Source: the human T2T-CHM13v2.0 reference genome, Homo sapiens
Assembly: GCF_009914755.1 (NCBI RefSeq)
Contig: NC_060930.1
Length of the DNA: 64,000 bases
Strand: one strand, 5' to 3'
A program made the translations under genes and the position numbers. The first letter of the stretch is position 1. Each line of letters begins with the position of its first letter. Below the pieces are notes generated by a model, which made no database searches, was not told the origin of the DNA, and was given only the letters and a program-made list of their open reading frames with translations. This document shows positions 38,350 to 52,360 of the stretch, in pieces.

Positions 38350-41300
38350 GCAGGACAAGAATCCACATCGGGAAGCCACCACTTCCTGAGTCATATTATT
38401 TCTGTATCTGGAAAGCAAGCTTCCAGCAGTCCAGTGTGCTGTTGGAGCAGGACAAGAATCCACATCGGGAAGCCACCACTTCCTGAGTCATATTATTTCT
38501 GTATCTGGAAAGCAAGCTTCCAGCAGTCCAGTGTGCTGTTGGAGCAGGACAAGAATCCACATCGGGAAGCCACCACTTCCTGAGTCATGTTATTTCTGTA
38601 TCTGGAAAGCAAGCTTCCAGCAGTCCAGTGTGCTGTTGGAGCAGGACAAGAATCCACATCGGGAAGCCGCCACTTCCTGAGTCATATTATTTCTGTATCT
38701 GGAAAGCAAGCTTCCAGCAGTCCAGTGTGCTGTTGGAGCAGGACAAGAATCCACATCGGGAAGCCACCACTTCCTGAGTCATGTTATTTCTGTATCTGGA
38801 AAGCAAGCTTCCAGCAGTCCAGTGTGCTGTTGGAGCAGGACAAGAATCCACATCGGGAAGCCACCACTTCCTGAGTCATATTATTTCTGTATCTGGAAAG
38901 CAAGCTTCCAGCAGTCCAGTGTGCTGTTGGAGCAGGACAAGAATCCACATCGGGAAGCCACCACTTCCTGAGTCATGTTATTTCTGTATCTGGAAAGCAA
39001 GCTTCCAGCAGTCCAGTGTGCTGTTGGAGCAGGACAAGAATCCACATCGGGAAGCCACCACTTCCTGAGTCATATTATTTCTGTATCTGGAAAGCAAGCT
39101 TCCAGCAGTCCAGTGTGCTGTTGGAGCAGGACAAGAATCCACATCGGGAAGCCACCACTTCCTGAGTCATGTTATTTCTGTATCTGGAAAGCAAGCTTCC
39201 AGCAGTCCAGTGTGCTGTTGGAGCAGGACAAGAATCCACATCGGGAAGCCGCCACTTCCTGAGTCATGTTATTTCTGTATCTGGAAAGCAAGCTTCCAGC
39301 AGTCCAGTGTGCTGTTGGAGCAGGACAAGAATCCACATCGGGAAGCCGCCACTTCCTGAGTCATATTATTTCTGTATCTGGAAAGCAAGCTTCCAGCAGT
39401 CCAGTGTGCTGTTGGAGCAGGACAAGAATCCACATCGGGAAGCCGCCACTTCCTGAGTCATATTATTTCTGTATCTGGAAAGCAAGCTTCCAGCAGTCCA
39501 GTGTGCTGTTGGAGCAGGACAAGAATCCACATCGGGAAGCCACCACTTCCTGAGTCATGTTATTTCTGTATCTGGAAAGCAAGCTTCCAGCAGTCCAGTG
39601 TGCTGTTGGAGCAGGACAAGAATCCACATCGGGAAGCCGCCACTTCCTGAGTCATGTTATTTCTGTATCTGGAAAGCAAGCTTCCAGCAGTCCAGTGTGC
39701 TGTTGGAGCAGGACAAGAATCCACATCGGGAAGCCGCCACTTCCTGAGTCATATTATTTCTGTATCTGGAAAGCAAGCTTCCAGCAGTCCAGTGTGCTGT
39801 TGGAGCAGGACAAGAATCCACATCGGGAAGCCGCCACTTCCTGAGTCATATTATTTCTGTATCTGGAAAGCAAGCTTCCAGCAGTCCAGTGTGCTGTTGG
39901 AGCAGGACAAGAATCCACATCGGGAAGCCGCCACTTCCTGAGTCATGTTATTTCTGTATCTGGAAAGCAAGCTTCCAGCAGTCCAGTGTGCTGTTGGAGC
40001 AGGACAAGAATCCACATCGGGAAGCCACCACTTCCTGAGTCATATTATTTCTGTATCTGGAAAGCAAGCTTCCAGCAGTCCAGTGTGCTGTTGGAGCAGG
40101 ACAAGAATCCACATCGGGAAGCCACCACTTCCTGAGTCATATTATTTCTGTATCTGGAAAGCAAGCTTCCAGCAGTCCAGTGTGCTGTTGGAGCAGGACA
40201 AGAATCCACATCGGGAAGCCGCAACTTCCTGAGTCATGTTATTTCTGTATCTGGAAAGCAAGCTTCCAGCAGTCCAGTGTGCTGTTGGAGCAGGACAAGA
40301 ATCCACATCGGGAAGCCGCCACTTCCTGAGTCATATTATTTCTGTATCTGGAAAGCAAGCTTCCAGCAGTCCAGTGTGCTGTTGGAGCAGGACAAGAATC
40401 CACATCGGGAAGCCGCCACTTCCTGAGTCATATTATTTCTGTATCTGGAAAGCAAGCTTCCAGCAGTCCAGTGTGCTGTTGGAGCAGGACAAGAATCCAC
40501 ATCGGGAAGCCACCACTTCCTGAGTCATATTATTTCTGTATCTGGAAAGCAAGCTTCCAGCAGTCCAGTGTGCTGTTGGAGCAGGACAAGAATCCACATC
40601 GGGAAGCCACCACTTCCTGAGTCATGTTATTTCTGTATCTGGAAAGCAAGCTTCCAGCAGTCCAGTGTGCTGTTGGAGCAGGACAAGAATCCACATCGGG
40701 AAGCCACCACTTCCTGAGTCATATTATTTCTGTATCTGGAAAGCAAGCTTCCAGCAGTCCAGTGTGCTGTTGGAGCAGGACAAGAATCCACATCGGGAAG
40801 CCACCACTTCCTGAGTCATATTATTTCTGTATCTGGAAAGCAAGCTTCCAGCAGTCCAGTGTGCTGTTGGAGCAGGACAGGAATCCACATCGGGAAGCCG
40901 CCACTTCCTGAGTCATATTATTTCTGTATCTGGAAAGCAAGCTTCCAGCAGTCCAGTGTGCTGTTGGAGCAGGACAAGAATCCACATCGGGAAGCCGCCA
41001 CTTCCTGAGTCATGTTATTTCTGTATCTGGAAAGCAAGCTTCCAGCAGTCCAGTGTGCTGTTGGAGCAGGACAAGAATCCACATCGGGAAGCCACCACTT
41101 CCTGAGTCATATTATTTCTGTATCTGGAAAGCAAGCTTCCAGCAGTCCAGTGTGCTGTTGGAGCAGGACAAGAATCCACATCGGGAAGCCACCACTTCCT
41201 GAGTCATATTATTTCTGTATCTGGAAAGCAAGCTTCCAGCAGTCCAGTGTGCTGTTGGAGCAGGACAAGAATCCACATCGGGAAGCCACCACTTCCTGAG

Positions 41301-42230
41301 TCATATTATTTCTGTATCTGGAAAGCAAGCTTCCAGCAGTCCAGTGTGCTGTTGGAGCAGGACAAGAATCCACATCGGGAAGCCACCACTTCCTGAGTCA
41401 TATTATTTCTGTATCTGGAAAGCAAGCTTCCAGCAGTCCAGTGTGCTGTTGGAGCAGGACAAGAATCCACATCGGGAAGCCACCACTTCCTGAGTCATAT
41501 TATTTCTGTATCTGGAAAGCAAGCTTCCAGCAGTCCAGTGTGCTGTTGGAGCAGGACAAGAATCCACATCGGGAAGCCACCACTTCCTGAGTCATATTAT
41601 TTCTGTATCTGGAAAGCAAGCTTCCAGCAGTCCAGTGTGCTGTTGGAGCAGGACAAGAATCCACATCGGGAAGCCACCACTTCCTGAGTCATGTTATTTC
41701 TGTATCTGGAAAGCAAGCTTCCAGCAGTCCAGTGTGCTGAAGGTAGCAGGACAAGAATCCACATCGGGAAGCCACCACTTCCTGAGTCATATTATTTCTG
41801 TATCTGGAAAGCAAGCTTCCAGCAGTCCAGTGTGCTGTTGGAGCAGGACAAGAATCCACATCGGGAAGCCACCACTTCCTGAGTCATGTTATTTCTGTAT
41901 CTGGAAAGCAAGCTTCCAGCAGTCCAGTGTGCTGTTGGAGCAGGACAAGAATCCACATCGGGAAGCCACCACTTCCTGAGTCATATTATTTCTGTATCTG
42001 GAAAGCAAGCTTCCAGCAGTCCAGTGTGCTGTTGGAGCAGGACAAGAATCCACATCGGGAAGCCACCACTTCCTGAGTCATATTATTTCTGTATCTGGAA
42101 AGCAAGCTTCCAGCAGTCCAGTGTGCTGTTGGAGCAGGACAAGAATCCACATCGGGAAGCCACCACTTCCTGAGTCATATTATTTCTGTATCTGGAAAGC
42201 AAGCTTCCAGCAGTCCAGTGTGCTGTTGGA
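38350..42230. repeat. 97-bp VNTR, 40 near-identical copies
   Basis: Unit GCAGGACAAGAATCCACATCGGGAAGCC(A/G)CCACTTCCTGAGTCAT(A/G)TTATTTCTGTATCTGGAAAGCAAGCTTCCAGCAGTCCAGTGTGCTGTTGGA; 3881 bp = 40x97+1; one HindIII site per unit. Confidence 0.99.
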
Positions 42231-42829
42231 AGGCAGCACCTTTATTAAAAGAAAAGAGGTGTTAGGGCATGAGACTCACCTGCCATGCCTGCTGTGTGAG
42301 GGACGCTGGTCTCGGCACCCAGTTACTGAAGTCTGGTTACAGATCAAATCTCATTACCATAAATATAACTTGGTGTTATACTTTTACCAACAAGTCTTTG
42401 CTTCAGGCAATTGTCTACTTACTCAAAGTAACATTTAAGTCAATTGGAATATTCCATTTCCATGAAATAAGTTGAACAGCCCCCTTGGGATATGTTACAG
42501 TTGGGTTTGCCAGTAAGAGCATGAACACAATTGTTCTGAAATCATAGCAAAAATTGCAAAGGGCTTTCAAAAGTGCCTTTTTTGGGGGTCAATTTGTTTG
42601 CTTAAATGAGGGCACAAGGAGAAAGGTAGATAATACCTGGGTGTTTCTCACCTCAGACAGTTAATGGAGTCTTGTCCAAAGAGAGGAGGAATGATGGCCC
42701 CCACCTAGCTTTTCTCCTGCTTTAGGAAGCTTCCTTGCTGTCATTTGCATACCCAGCAGTAATTGATTTATGCTATTGTTTTGGAAGTATATCCTGTTTA
42801 TAATTTTAAATATAAAGAATATAAAATGT

Positions 42830-42944
42830 GGCCAGGTGTGGTGGCTCATGCCTTTACTCCCGGCACTTTGGGAGGCTGAGGCGGGAGGATTGCTTAAAGC
42901 CAGGAGTTCAAGACCAGCCCTGGTGACCTAGCAAGACCCTGACT
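42830..42944 (+). mobile_element. FLAM/AluJ-type left monomer
   Basis: ggccaggtgtggtggctcatgcc..ggaggattgcttaaagccaggagttcaagaccagcc. Confidence 0.8.
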
Positions 42945-43615
42945 GCATAGAACAGGGTGCCCACTCCTGCCTGTCTTTCCTTTCTCCACCCTCCCTTACG
43001 CATCTTTGAGATCAGCTTCTTTAATTCTAGAAATACAGATCTTATCAAGAAAGGCCTTTGCTGTGCACAAGTTTAAGAAAATGTTACTTGTGAAGATATT
43101 TAGGTGGGGTTCAGAATCTCAGAAGTAACCTGAGACTGTTCTGAGTAAGCATTTGTAGCTCTAAGATATTTATGTAGCTACTTATGTTTTCCTAGACTTT
43201 TTATTAGTTCCTAAATAAAAATCCTCAAGATAAGGGCTTGTCAGGAACATAGGAGGCTGTCTGAGTTTTTAGTAAAGGTTTGCATCCCGCATAGCACAAC
43301 CTAGCTTTTATTTTATTTTCGAAGTAATTCCAGAGCCTAGAGATATTTACTTTTTACTCTCTGAGGGAAAACATAGCTAATGGGAAAGTCACTGGGAACT
43401 ACTTGTGTGTTTCCTGAGCTTCTTGGTGGGAGGGCGTATTGGTGAAATCCCTTATTTGCCTACTTGTTACTGTTTCCAGGAATGCGTGTCATCGCCAGAT
43501 GCCAAGGGACTGTGTCTGGGGACAATTGTTCTCCATTTTCTCTAGGGTTTGACTCCTGGCAGTTCCCACCTTGTGTGAAGAGGCTATAGAACCACATGTT
43601 ACAGAAAAGAGTGTA

Positions 43616-43931
<316 letters not shown>

Positions 43932-44639
43932 TTACTTTGGCATTTTGGTTTTGACTTACTGGGTTTGGGTGAGAGCATTGCAGACAGCAAAGTGAACATT
44001 TGTGCCTTTGTTCGGCATTGACAGCGCATTTTCTGTATGCCAGGTGGTGCATATCCTGTCTTGGGGATTCAGGGTTGCATGAGGTGGCAAGGCTGTAAGC
44101 CAAGGGTCCTAGTTCAGTGAGACAGGGACCACCCAAAGGCTATCACCGGGGTTGCTGGCCTCCTGAAGACCTTCACATGCAGCGGGGCTCTCTGCAGGAC
44201 AGGCCCGAAGGGTGGAGTCACCTTAGACAAACGGAGGCCCCAAGGCCTGTGTGGGGGTCCCTGCCTGGACACCACTGATGCGTCAGGGGGCTGGAAGGCC
44301 CAACAGTGTGAGCCCAGGAGCGGCCCCTCAGGGTGACATTTTTGGCACTCTGGGGGCATCAGGGAAAGGGGCTGGGGTGGCTGACCCAGGAGGGGCAGCT
44401 AACTTTCCAGAAGTACCTCTCCCTGCCCTCCTCTGGGCTGAGACCAAGTGACTGTTTGCACACAATGTTTTCATTTTAATTTACAGTTTCCAAGGGCTAA
44501 TCTCAGGTGGGACTTCTCATACTGACTGTAAGTAGAGTACGCCCATTTTATAACTCCTTTATCTTACTTACTTAAGGACGACAGATAGCAACTCCTTCAC
44601 AAATTCATACCTTTTCTGAGAGGAAAATGGTGACAGGGC

Positions 44640-45050
44640 TGCGTGGACCCATTTTATCAGCTCCTGTTTCAATACTGGCATTAGGAATGATAAACAGTGA
44701 TATAAACAGTTATTTAACATAAAGGTTAAGTTGGTCAGAATAAACCCCGAGGGCTGACACAGGTCAACCAAACCCTCCATTGCCTAAGTTTACCATTAAG
44801 AAAAAAATAACCCGAGAGAGTTAATCAAGTGAAACCGAAAAGTAAAGAAAGGTGTGGGCTACTTTTAAAAGTATTCTTCCATTTAATCTACTTTTTGCAG
44901 CCAAAAGTGGAACTGGCCCTCCCTGGCTTGCCCGGGCTGAGACTCCTGACTTCAGCACTGAATTTGGCGGCCACAGAACGGGCCGGGACCGGCTGCAGGG
45001 TTTCAGTTTGAGTTTGCTGGTACCTGGCTGGCTACTTCCTGAAAATACTA
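44640..45050. promoter_or_regulatory. Candidate enhancer: IRF/ISRE, FOX, GATA and ETS motifs in unique sequence
   Basis: AAGTGAAACCGAAAAGT (44827-44843), TGATAAACA (44688-44696), ATAAACA (44702-44708), TTATCA (44654-44659), ACTTCCTG (~45034), local CpG cluster. Confidence 0.4.
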
Positions 45051-45595
45051 TGTTCCCCACCCCCAAAATCATCTGTTTCGAAAATAACAAATAGGGCATA
45101 TTTTCCCCTCCAAATAGAAATAAAAGACAGGTTGACTTTTGTGTGTGTGACATTTTTCTCCTTTGGTGCCCAAAATAAAGCCAGATGAAATAAGTGTGTG
45201 AGGAAGGGAGAGAGGGAAAAGCAGCTGGTATGAAAAGGAAAACCTCTGAACTCAGATTTTAGAATTTTTGATATTACTTATCTCAAGAGACTATAGGTAA
45301 AGAGGCCACTTAGTAATGCAAATGAGCTGATGAACTATGACTAGACACTTAAATTCCAGAAAAACAGGGAAGAACTCTTGCAGCTGGCCCCATCGACAAG
45401 GAGCGGGTTTAGACTCATAATCTTTATAATAGAGTGTTTCCTTAGAGACCTCCACGTTCCCTTATCACTCCCATTTACAGATCTGAAAACAGACCTTCTG
45501 CCTGGCGCAAACTCCTCTACCCCCAAAAGAAGGCTTTTTTTTTTTTTGTAATTAAATATAATCTTAAAGTGTGTGACTTACTGTCAGAAAATTGA

Positions 45596-46000
<405 letters not shown>

Positions 46001-46283
46001 TGACATTGACTGTCTCTTTGGCCAGTGCAAAGACCAGGCTGTTAAAGGATAGCTGCAGCCTTTGGCCTCTGACAGGCGGCCAGGACTCACGAGTGATCTC
46101 AGTGATTGTTGTCAGCTTTCAATGAACTCATAAATCCAGATGTGTGGTGGACGTGCAATGCCCTAATTACATGTTTTATGAACTTTCAACTAAGTGTAGA
46201 TTTTTAAGATTCATTTTTATGAACAATTAGATAAAAGTGACTTCATAATAAACAGAAATGGGATTTTAAAAAATGTGAATCTA

Positions 46284-46630
<347 letters not shown>

Positions 46631-49337
46631 TCAATATCCAATATCAGCCAACCTTGACCTGGACACTGTAGTCATAGACTCTTAACAGTCAGCTGTGACT
46701 TCAGAGACCATTTGGATGAAACTGTTTAATGGAAAACCTCTTTCATGACAGTCCTGCCTTGCTAGTCAAACTCGGCCCGGACGCACTTAGGGACGAGGTG
46801 CTAACTCTCACAGAAACTACCTGATCTTTCTTATTTGAATAAACCCCACCTCCCTGTAACTTCCTCCTCATTCTTTTGTTCTCTGACAGCCTCGGGATAT
46901 TTGAAGGCAACCTGGGTTGGTCCCAGCCTTTCCAGCACCTCCTTTCTCCAGCTTGGACTAGAAGCTCTTGGCGTGTGTCAGCTGTTTGTGACATGACATG
47001 GGTTTGAGACTCCTTCTTTCCCAGCGTGCCCCACAGGGGAAGTCTCTAGAGCCAGGCCCACCCGGGGACAGCAGAGCAGAGCCCTCCCTCTACCTCCAGG
47101 ACCTAAATTCTGCAGTAGGGCCATCTGCCCTGACACCTTCCAAAAGGGTCATGGTAGAAGATATGAAGCAGAAGTCTGCGAGGATTTCATCTTCCAACTT
47201 TGAGGACCAGGTATCTGCCCACCCACTCCCATTTCGCCTTGTCTTTGGTGGAAGCTGGGCTGCATCTGGAGCTGGTGGGTCTGTGGCCGAAGATCTGCCT
47301 TGTACAGCAGCAACAGGCTCCCCTCCTCTCCTCTTGCTTGCCTGATGTGGTTGCACTCAACATGCTTCTTAACTTTTGTAAAATTCTACAGTGGAATCTT
47401 CAGGACAAGGCCACTGAGTGGTCTCCTGGGTATTTCCTGTTACTTCGACCATCCCTCACTGGGCACTGGCCCACTCTGCCTTTATTTCCAGGGAATGTCC
47501 TCCTCAGGTAAAACATAGCAGAACACAGATAACACACTAGCTGATTTCTTGGTTTTTGAATCTGAAAAGTCTGGACCCTGGCACAGAACTCACAATGGGC
47601 CCCAGAAAGTATTTCTTGAGTGGGAAGCTGGACAGCTGGAGGGGAAGTGGGCCGCGAGAGTGGTGGCCCTCCCCAGGGACCCTGTATTCTGCCCCTCATG
47701 CCCTGGGCTGGTGGTGGAGGTGAGGCTGGGGGCTGACTTCAGAGTGCCCAGCGTGGAGCAGGGACAGAGGAGAGGTCTGCGGGTGTGTCTGGAGGACCAG
47801 GTTGGGAGCCTTGCGGAGGTTTCTGTCCTGGAGCCATCAAACGTTTCCTGGACACCCAAGGGCTGCATGGTTGTGGCAGGGGAGAGGTGTGAGGGGCAGC
47901 CAGGACCTGCCTGTATCCCAACCAGAGGGCCAGCAGGGTGTCTCCACAGCACCCTGCATGAGTGGACCGTGAGGCTCCACCCACCCCCAGGCGATCCTCC
48001 TGTCTCCTGTGGAATCACAGGGACCCCAGGTTGGTGCAGAGCATCTCTGTCAGTGCAGAATGGGGCTTCTCATCGAGGTCAGCTCACCTACAGAACAAGG
48101 AAGTTATGTTTCCTACACACTTGCAATCGGGAACTGAGCCCAGCGCCCACTATGCATTTAGCAACAATCACATCTCTCCTTCTGAGTTAAAATACCTGTT
48201 ATGGGTAAGAGCAAGATGGAAAATACAGCTGTGCGGGGAGACCAGCTTCCTCCTTGGACATGCAGGAAGCCCATTTTCCAGATGGCTGTGCCTCATATTT
48301 CAGGACAAATGCTAAGGTGATGAGGGGTAAGGAAAAAACACATAAGCTTTTTATTCACTTATTCATTCAGCATTTATGGAGCATCTGCTGTGCCGGGAAA
48401 TACAATGATGAATAAAATAGACAAGGTTGCCCAGCAACATGTGCATGGAGATTTCGTCTTTTCTGTGTACAACCCCAGCCCCAGGAGGCAAGCCCGCTGG
48501 GACACACATCCCGGGATGCTGAGTAGAGGAACTCTAAATATGCCTCCTCGTATCAACCACTGACCTTGTCCCTGGGGTGTGCCCTCGGCCATCACTCTTG
48601 AGGAATGAGGTGGACCCTGAGTTCTACTTGCTAGTCCAAATGTTTTTCTCGTATGGGTCCTGCCACAGATTTCCTGAAGGTGTGTCACATTTCCAGTTGA
48701 ACTTACCCAAACATTCACAATCATGGGTGGGACTAAAGTATATATTGCCACTCTTTTCTTTAAAGACTATGAGAACAGGCCCAGTGACCTGTTAAATGAA
48801 GAGGTGACATGACATGAGGTGTGGCAGGACTCAGCTTTTCCTTTCTTTAATAACAGCTTTGTTGAGATATAACTTGCATACCATATGCCTTTACCGACTT
48901 AAAGGGTGCAATTCAATGTTGTTTAGTGGATTAGAGTCGTGTAACCATCGTCAGGATAGATGTGAGAACATATTTATCACCCTCCAAAAAGCCCTGTACC
49001 TCTTAGCAGCCACTCCGCCTTTCTCCCTCCCACCCGCAGTCATTGACACCCATAAATCTATTTTGTGTCTCCCTAGATCTGCCTTTTCTGGATATTTCTT
49101 GTAAACGGACTCAGACAAAATGGATCTTCTGTGTCTGGCTTCGTTCACTTAGCCTAATATTTTCAAGGTTCATTGCAGCATGTATCAGTGAAACTTGTAC
49201 CAATACTTCATTTCTTATCATGGCCAAATAACATTCCATTGCATGAATACAGCACACTATTTATTCACTCATCAGCTGATGAACATTTAGATTGTTCTGA
49301 CTTTTTGCCTGTTATGGATAATGATGCCATTCATATA

Positions 49338-49948
49338 CAGGTTGAGCATCCCTAATCCAAAAATCTGAAATCCAAAATGCTCCAAAATCTGAAACTTTTT
49401 GATCATGAACATGACACCAGAAGTGGAAAATTCTCCACCTGACCCCATGTGACGGGTCCCAGTAAAAATGCAGGCGCACAACACAATTTATTCAGCGTCC
49501 CTAAGTGGAAACACATCCCCCTTCAGCTGGGAAATATCTTTCCATAACATGCCCCAACTCCCCCCAGGACAGCACACCTACAAAGGGTAATAAAATGGCA
49601 AGTGTGCAGGCTGGACACACCAATGGTAGGTTCCCCACAGGGCCCCACAAGGGGCCAAGACCCATAACATGGGTGGCTGAGATAATGACACCTTCGCTTT
49701 CTGATGGTTCAGTGTACACACGTTTTGTTTCATGCACAAAATTATTAGAAATGTTGTATAAGATTACCATCAGGCTGTGTGTATAAGGTGTACATGAAAC
49801 ATAAATGAATTCCATGTTTAGACTTGGGTCCCATCCCCAAGATATCTCATTATGTATATGGAAATATTCCAAAATCCTCCCCGCCAAAAAATCTGGAACT
49901 TGAAGCACTTCTGGTCCCAAGCATTTTGGATAACCAATGCTCAAACTA
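49338..49948. mobile_element. Tigger4 (Tc1/mariner pogo-type) non-autonomous derivative
   Basis: TIR CAGGTTGAGCATCCC ... degenerate atgctcaaacta, flanked by TA; aaaatctgaaatccaaaatgctcc subterminal motifs. Confidence 0.85.
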
Positions 49949-50364
49949 TACAAGTTTTCATGTGGATGTATGTTTTCATTTCTCTTAGGTATATATCTAT
50001 GAATGGAGTTGCTGGGTCATATGGCAACTCTATCTTTAACCTTTTGAGGAACTCCCAGACTATTTTTCAAAGATGTACAATTTTACATTCCCACCAGTAA
50101 CGTACGAGGTTCCGATTTCTCCACATCCTCGCCAACACTTGCTATTGTCTCTTTTTGATTGGAGCCATGCTAGTCAGTGGGAAGTGGCACCTCAGTGTGG
50201 TTTTGTTTGGTATTCCCCTGGTGGCTAATGAGGCTGAGCATCTTTTCATGTTTTCATGTGCTTGTCGTCCTTTTGCATATCTTCAGAGAAATGTCTATGT
50301 AAGTCTTTTGCTCATTTTGAAATTGGGTTATCGGCCTTTTTATTATTGAGTGCATATATTCTAG

Positions 50365-50740
<376 letters not shown>

Positions 50741-51663
50741 TGATGGTGTCTTAAATAAAAAGTTTTAAGCTTTGATTAAATCCAATTAATGTATGTCTCC
50801 TTTTGTTACTACAGGACACAGCTTCTTAATCATAAACAAATTAAAATCCTTTTAGAATGCCAATTACCTAAAGAGAGGTGGTGGTAAGATTTTTAAAGTG
50901 AGATGTTAAGTATGAAACTATTTTTTAAGTTTTCAGCTTAGAGATAAGAAGCAATTGTTATTTGAAAGCAGAATGTTTATTATACTATGGACACGAAAAT
51001 ACTTTTTTCTACTAAATATGAGACCTACCTCCACTGAAGGAACGTGTGATGAAAATCCTTTATGGAAATGTATAAGCATATTTCTGTCAAATTATCCTGC
51101 AGTAAAATAGTGGCTTTGGCATCCATTCTTGAGTAAAATTACAGTTTCTCTTCATTAATTTTATTTTGTACCTCATCCTGAGCACAGCTGCACTGTTGAG
51201 AGTAGGGTCAGGGTTCCCTGAATGGTGACGTCAGGGAGACTGTTGATGAGGAGCACTCAGGACGTCAGCTTTTCTTGTCTGAATTGGCCAATGAAAGTAA
51301 GGCCTAGCAAACTCTGAAAACCTTTGGAGGGAAATAAACGCATGGAAGTTCATCAGCTCTGGACTGCCAAATGCTTCCCTGGCAGAGCTGGAGAAACAGC
51401 CCCACCCTGGGGCAGGTGGTTCAGACACGGCCAGGACTCTGTCTGCGGTTGTTGTTCCTTTTCTTCTTCTACAAAAGTGAACGTTCCCGGGCTTAGTAAG
51501 CGTGGCCACAAATCAAGTTGTAGAGAAAATGAGGCCAGCCCAAAGTTTCTAGATTCATTATATCAGAGACCATTCTTTGAATGAACTCGATGATTGAAAT
51601 TAAAGAGTGAAAAAAGTAAATGAACAAGTTCAATTTATGGGTGAAGTTTCTGTCCTACCCATC

Positions 51664-52033
51664 TGATGTGGGCTGAACTGTGTCCTGCTCCAACTCCCCC
51701 AGTTCCTCAGAATGTGGCTGTGTTTAGAGACAGGGCCTTTAGAGAGGTCGTGAAATTAAAATTAGGTGACCACGGTGGACTCCAATCCAATCTGACTGGG
51801 GACTGTGTAAGAAGAGGAGATTAGGACACAGACACGCACAGAAGGACCACCATGTGAGGACACAGGGAGAAGACGTCATCTACAAGCCAAGGAGGGAGGC
51901 CCCAAGGAGAATCCAGCCCTACACAACCCGATCTCAGGCTTCCAGCCTCCAGAACTGTGAGAGAATAAATTTCTGTTGTTTAAGCTGCCCAGTCTGTGGT
52001 ACTTTGTCATGGCAGCTCTAGCAAACTAATACT
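51664..52033 (+). mobile_element. MLT1A/B MaLR LTR
   Basis: tgatgtgggctgaactgtgtcc..aatccaatctgactgg..cagcctccagaactgtgagagaataaatttctgttgtttaagc..gcaaactaatac. Confidence 0.85.
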
Positions 52034-52189
52034 CCTCTATTTTTACCAACTTCTGTGGAGAGAATTTTTTCCCTTTGGAAATGGAACATGGAACATTAAA
52101 TGAAATGTTGATTGGCTTGTATGGATTTCATCATTATTGACTGCTTCAAGCAAAGGTATTTATCTTTCTAGCTGATGTTCATAAAGCAT

Positions 52190-52360
52190 TTATAAAGTGC
52201 TTTTATTTTATCTTCACAGTTGATCATGAAAACAAGCAAGGCAGGTGGCTGTTACCATTAACTACAGTTCACATGGGAGGAAGCTGAGCAACTTCCCTAA
52301 GAAATTCAGCCAGGAAGTAGCAGAGAAAGGGGATTGAACCCAGGTCTTTGGCCTTGAGCC
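52190..52360 (-). mobile_element. MIR fragment
   Basis: tttatcttcaca..ggaagctgag..ggattgaacccaggtct. Confidence 0.5.

Noticed and set aside
38587-42173. Series of ~95-aa ORFs in the VNTR
   Set aside because: The 97-bp unit is not a multiple of 3, so frames cycle and stop at the TGA of the AP-1 site; an ATG exists only in the 13 units with the CATGTT variant; no promoter or splice support
38350-42230. CRISPR-like array
   Set aside because: No unique spacers and no cas genes; whole units are near-identical in a human context
47549-48190. 213-aa ORF in a GC-richer stretch
   Set aside because: Non-ATG start, no recognisable domain, overlapping ORFs on both strands as expected from GC content
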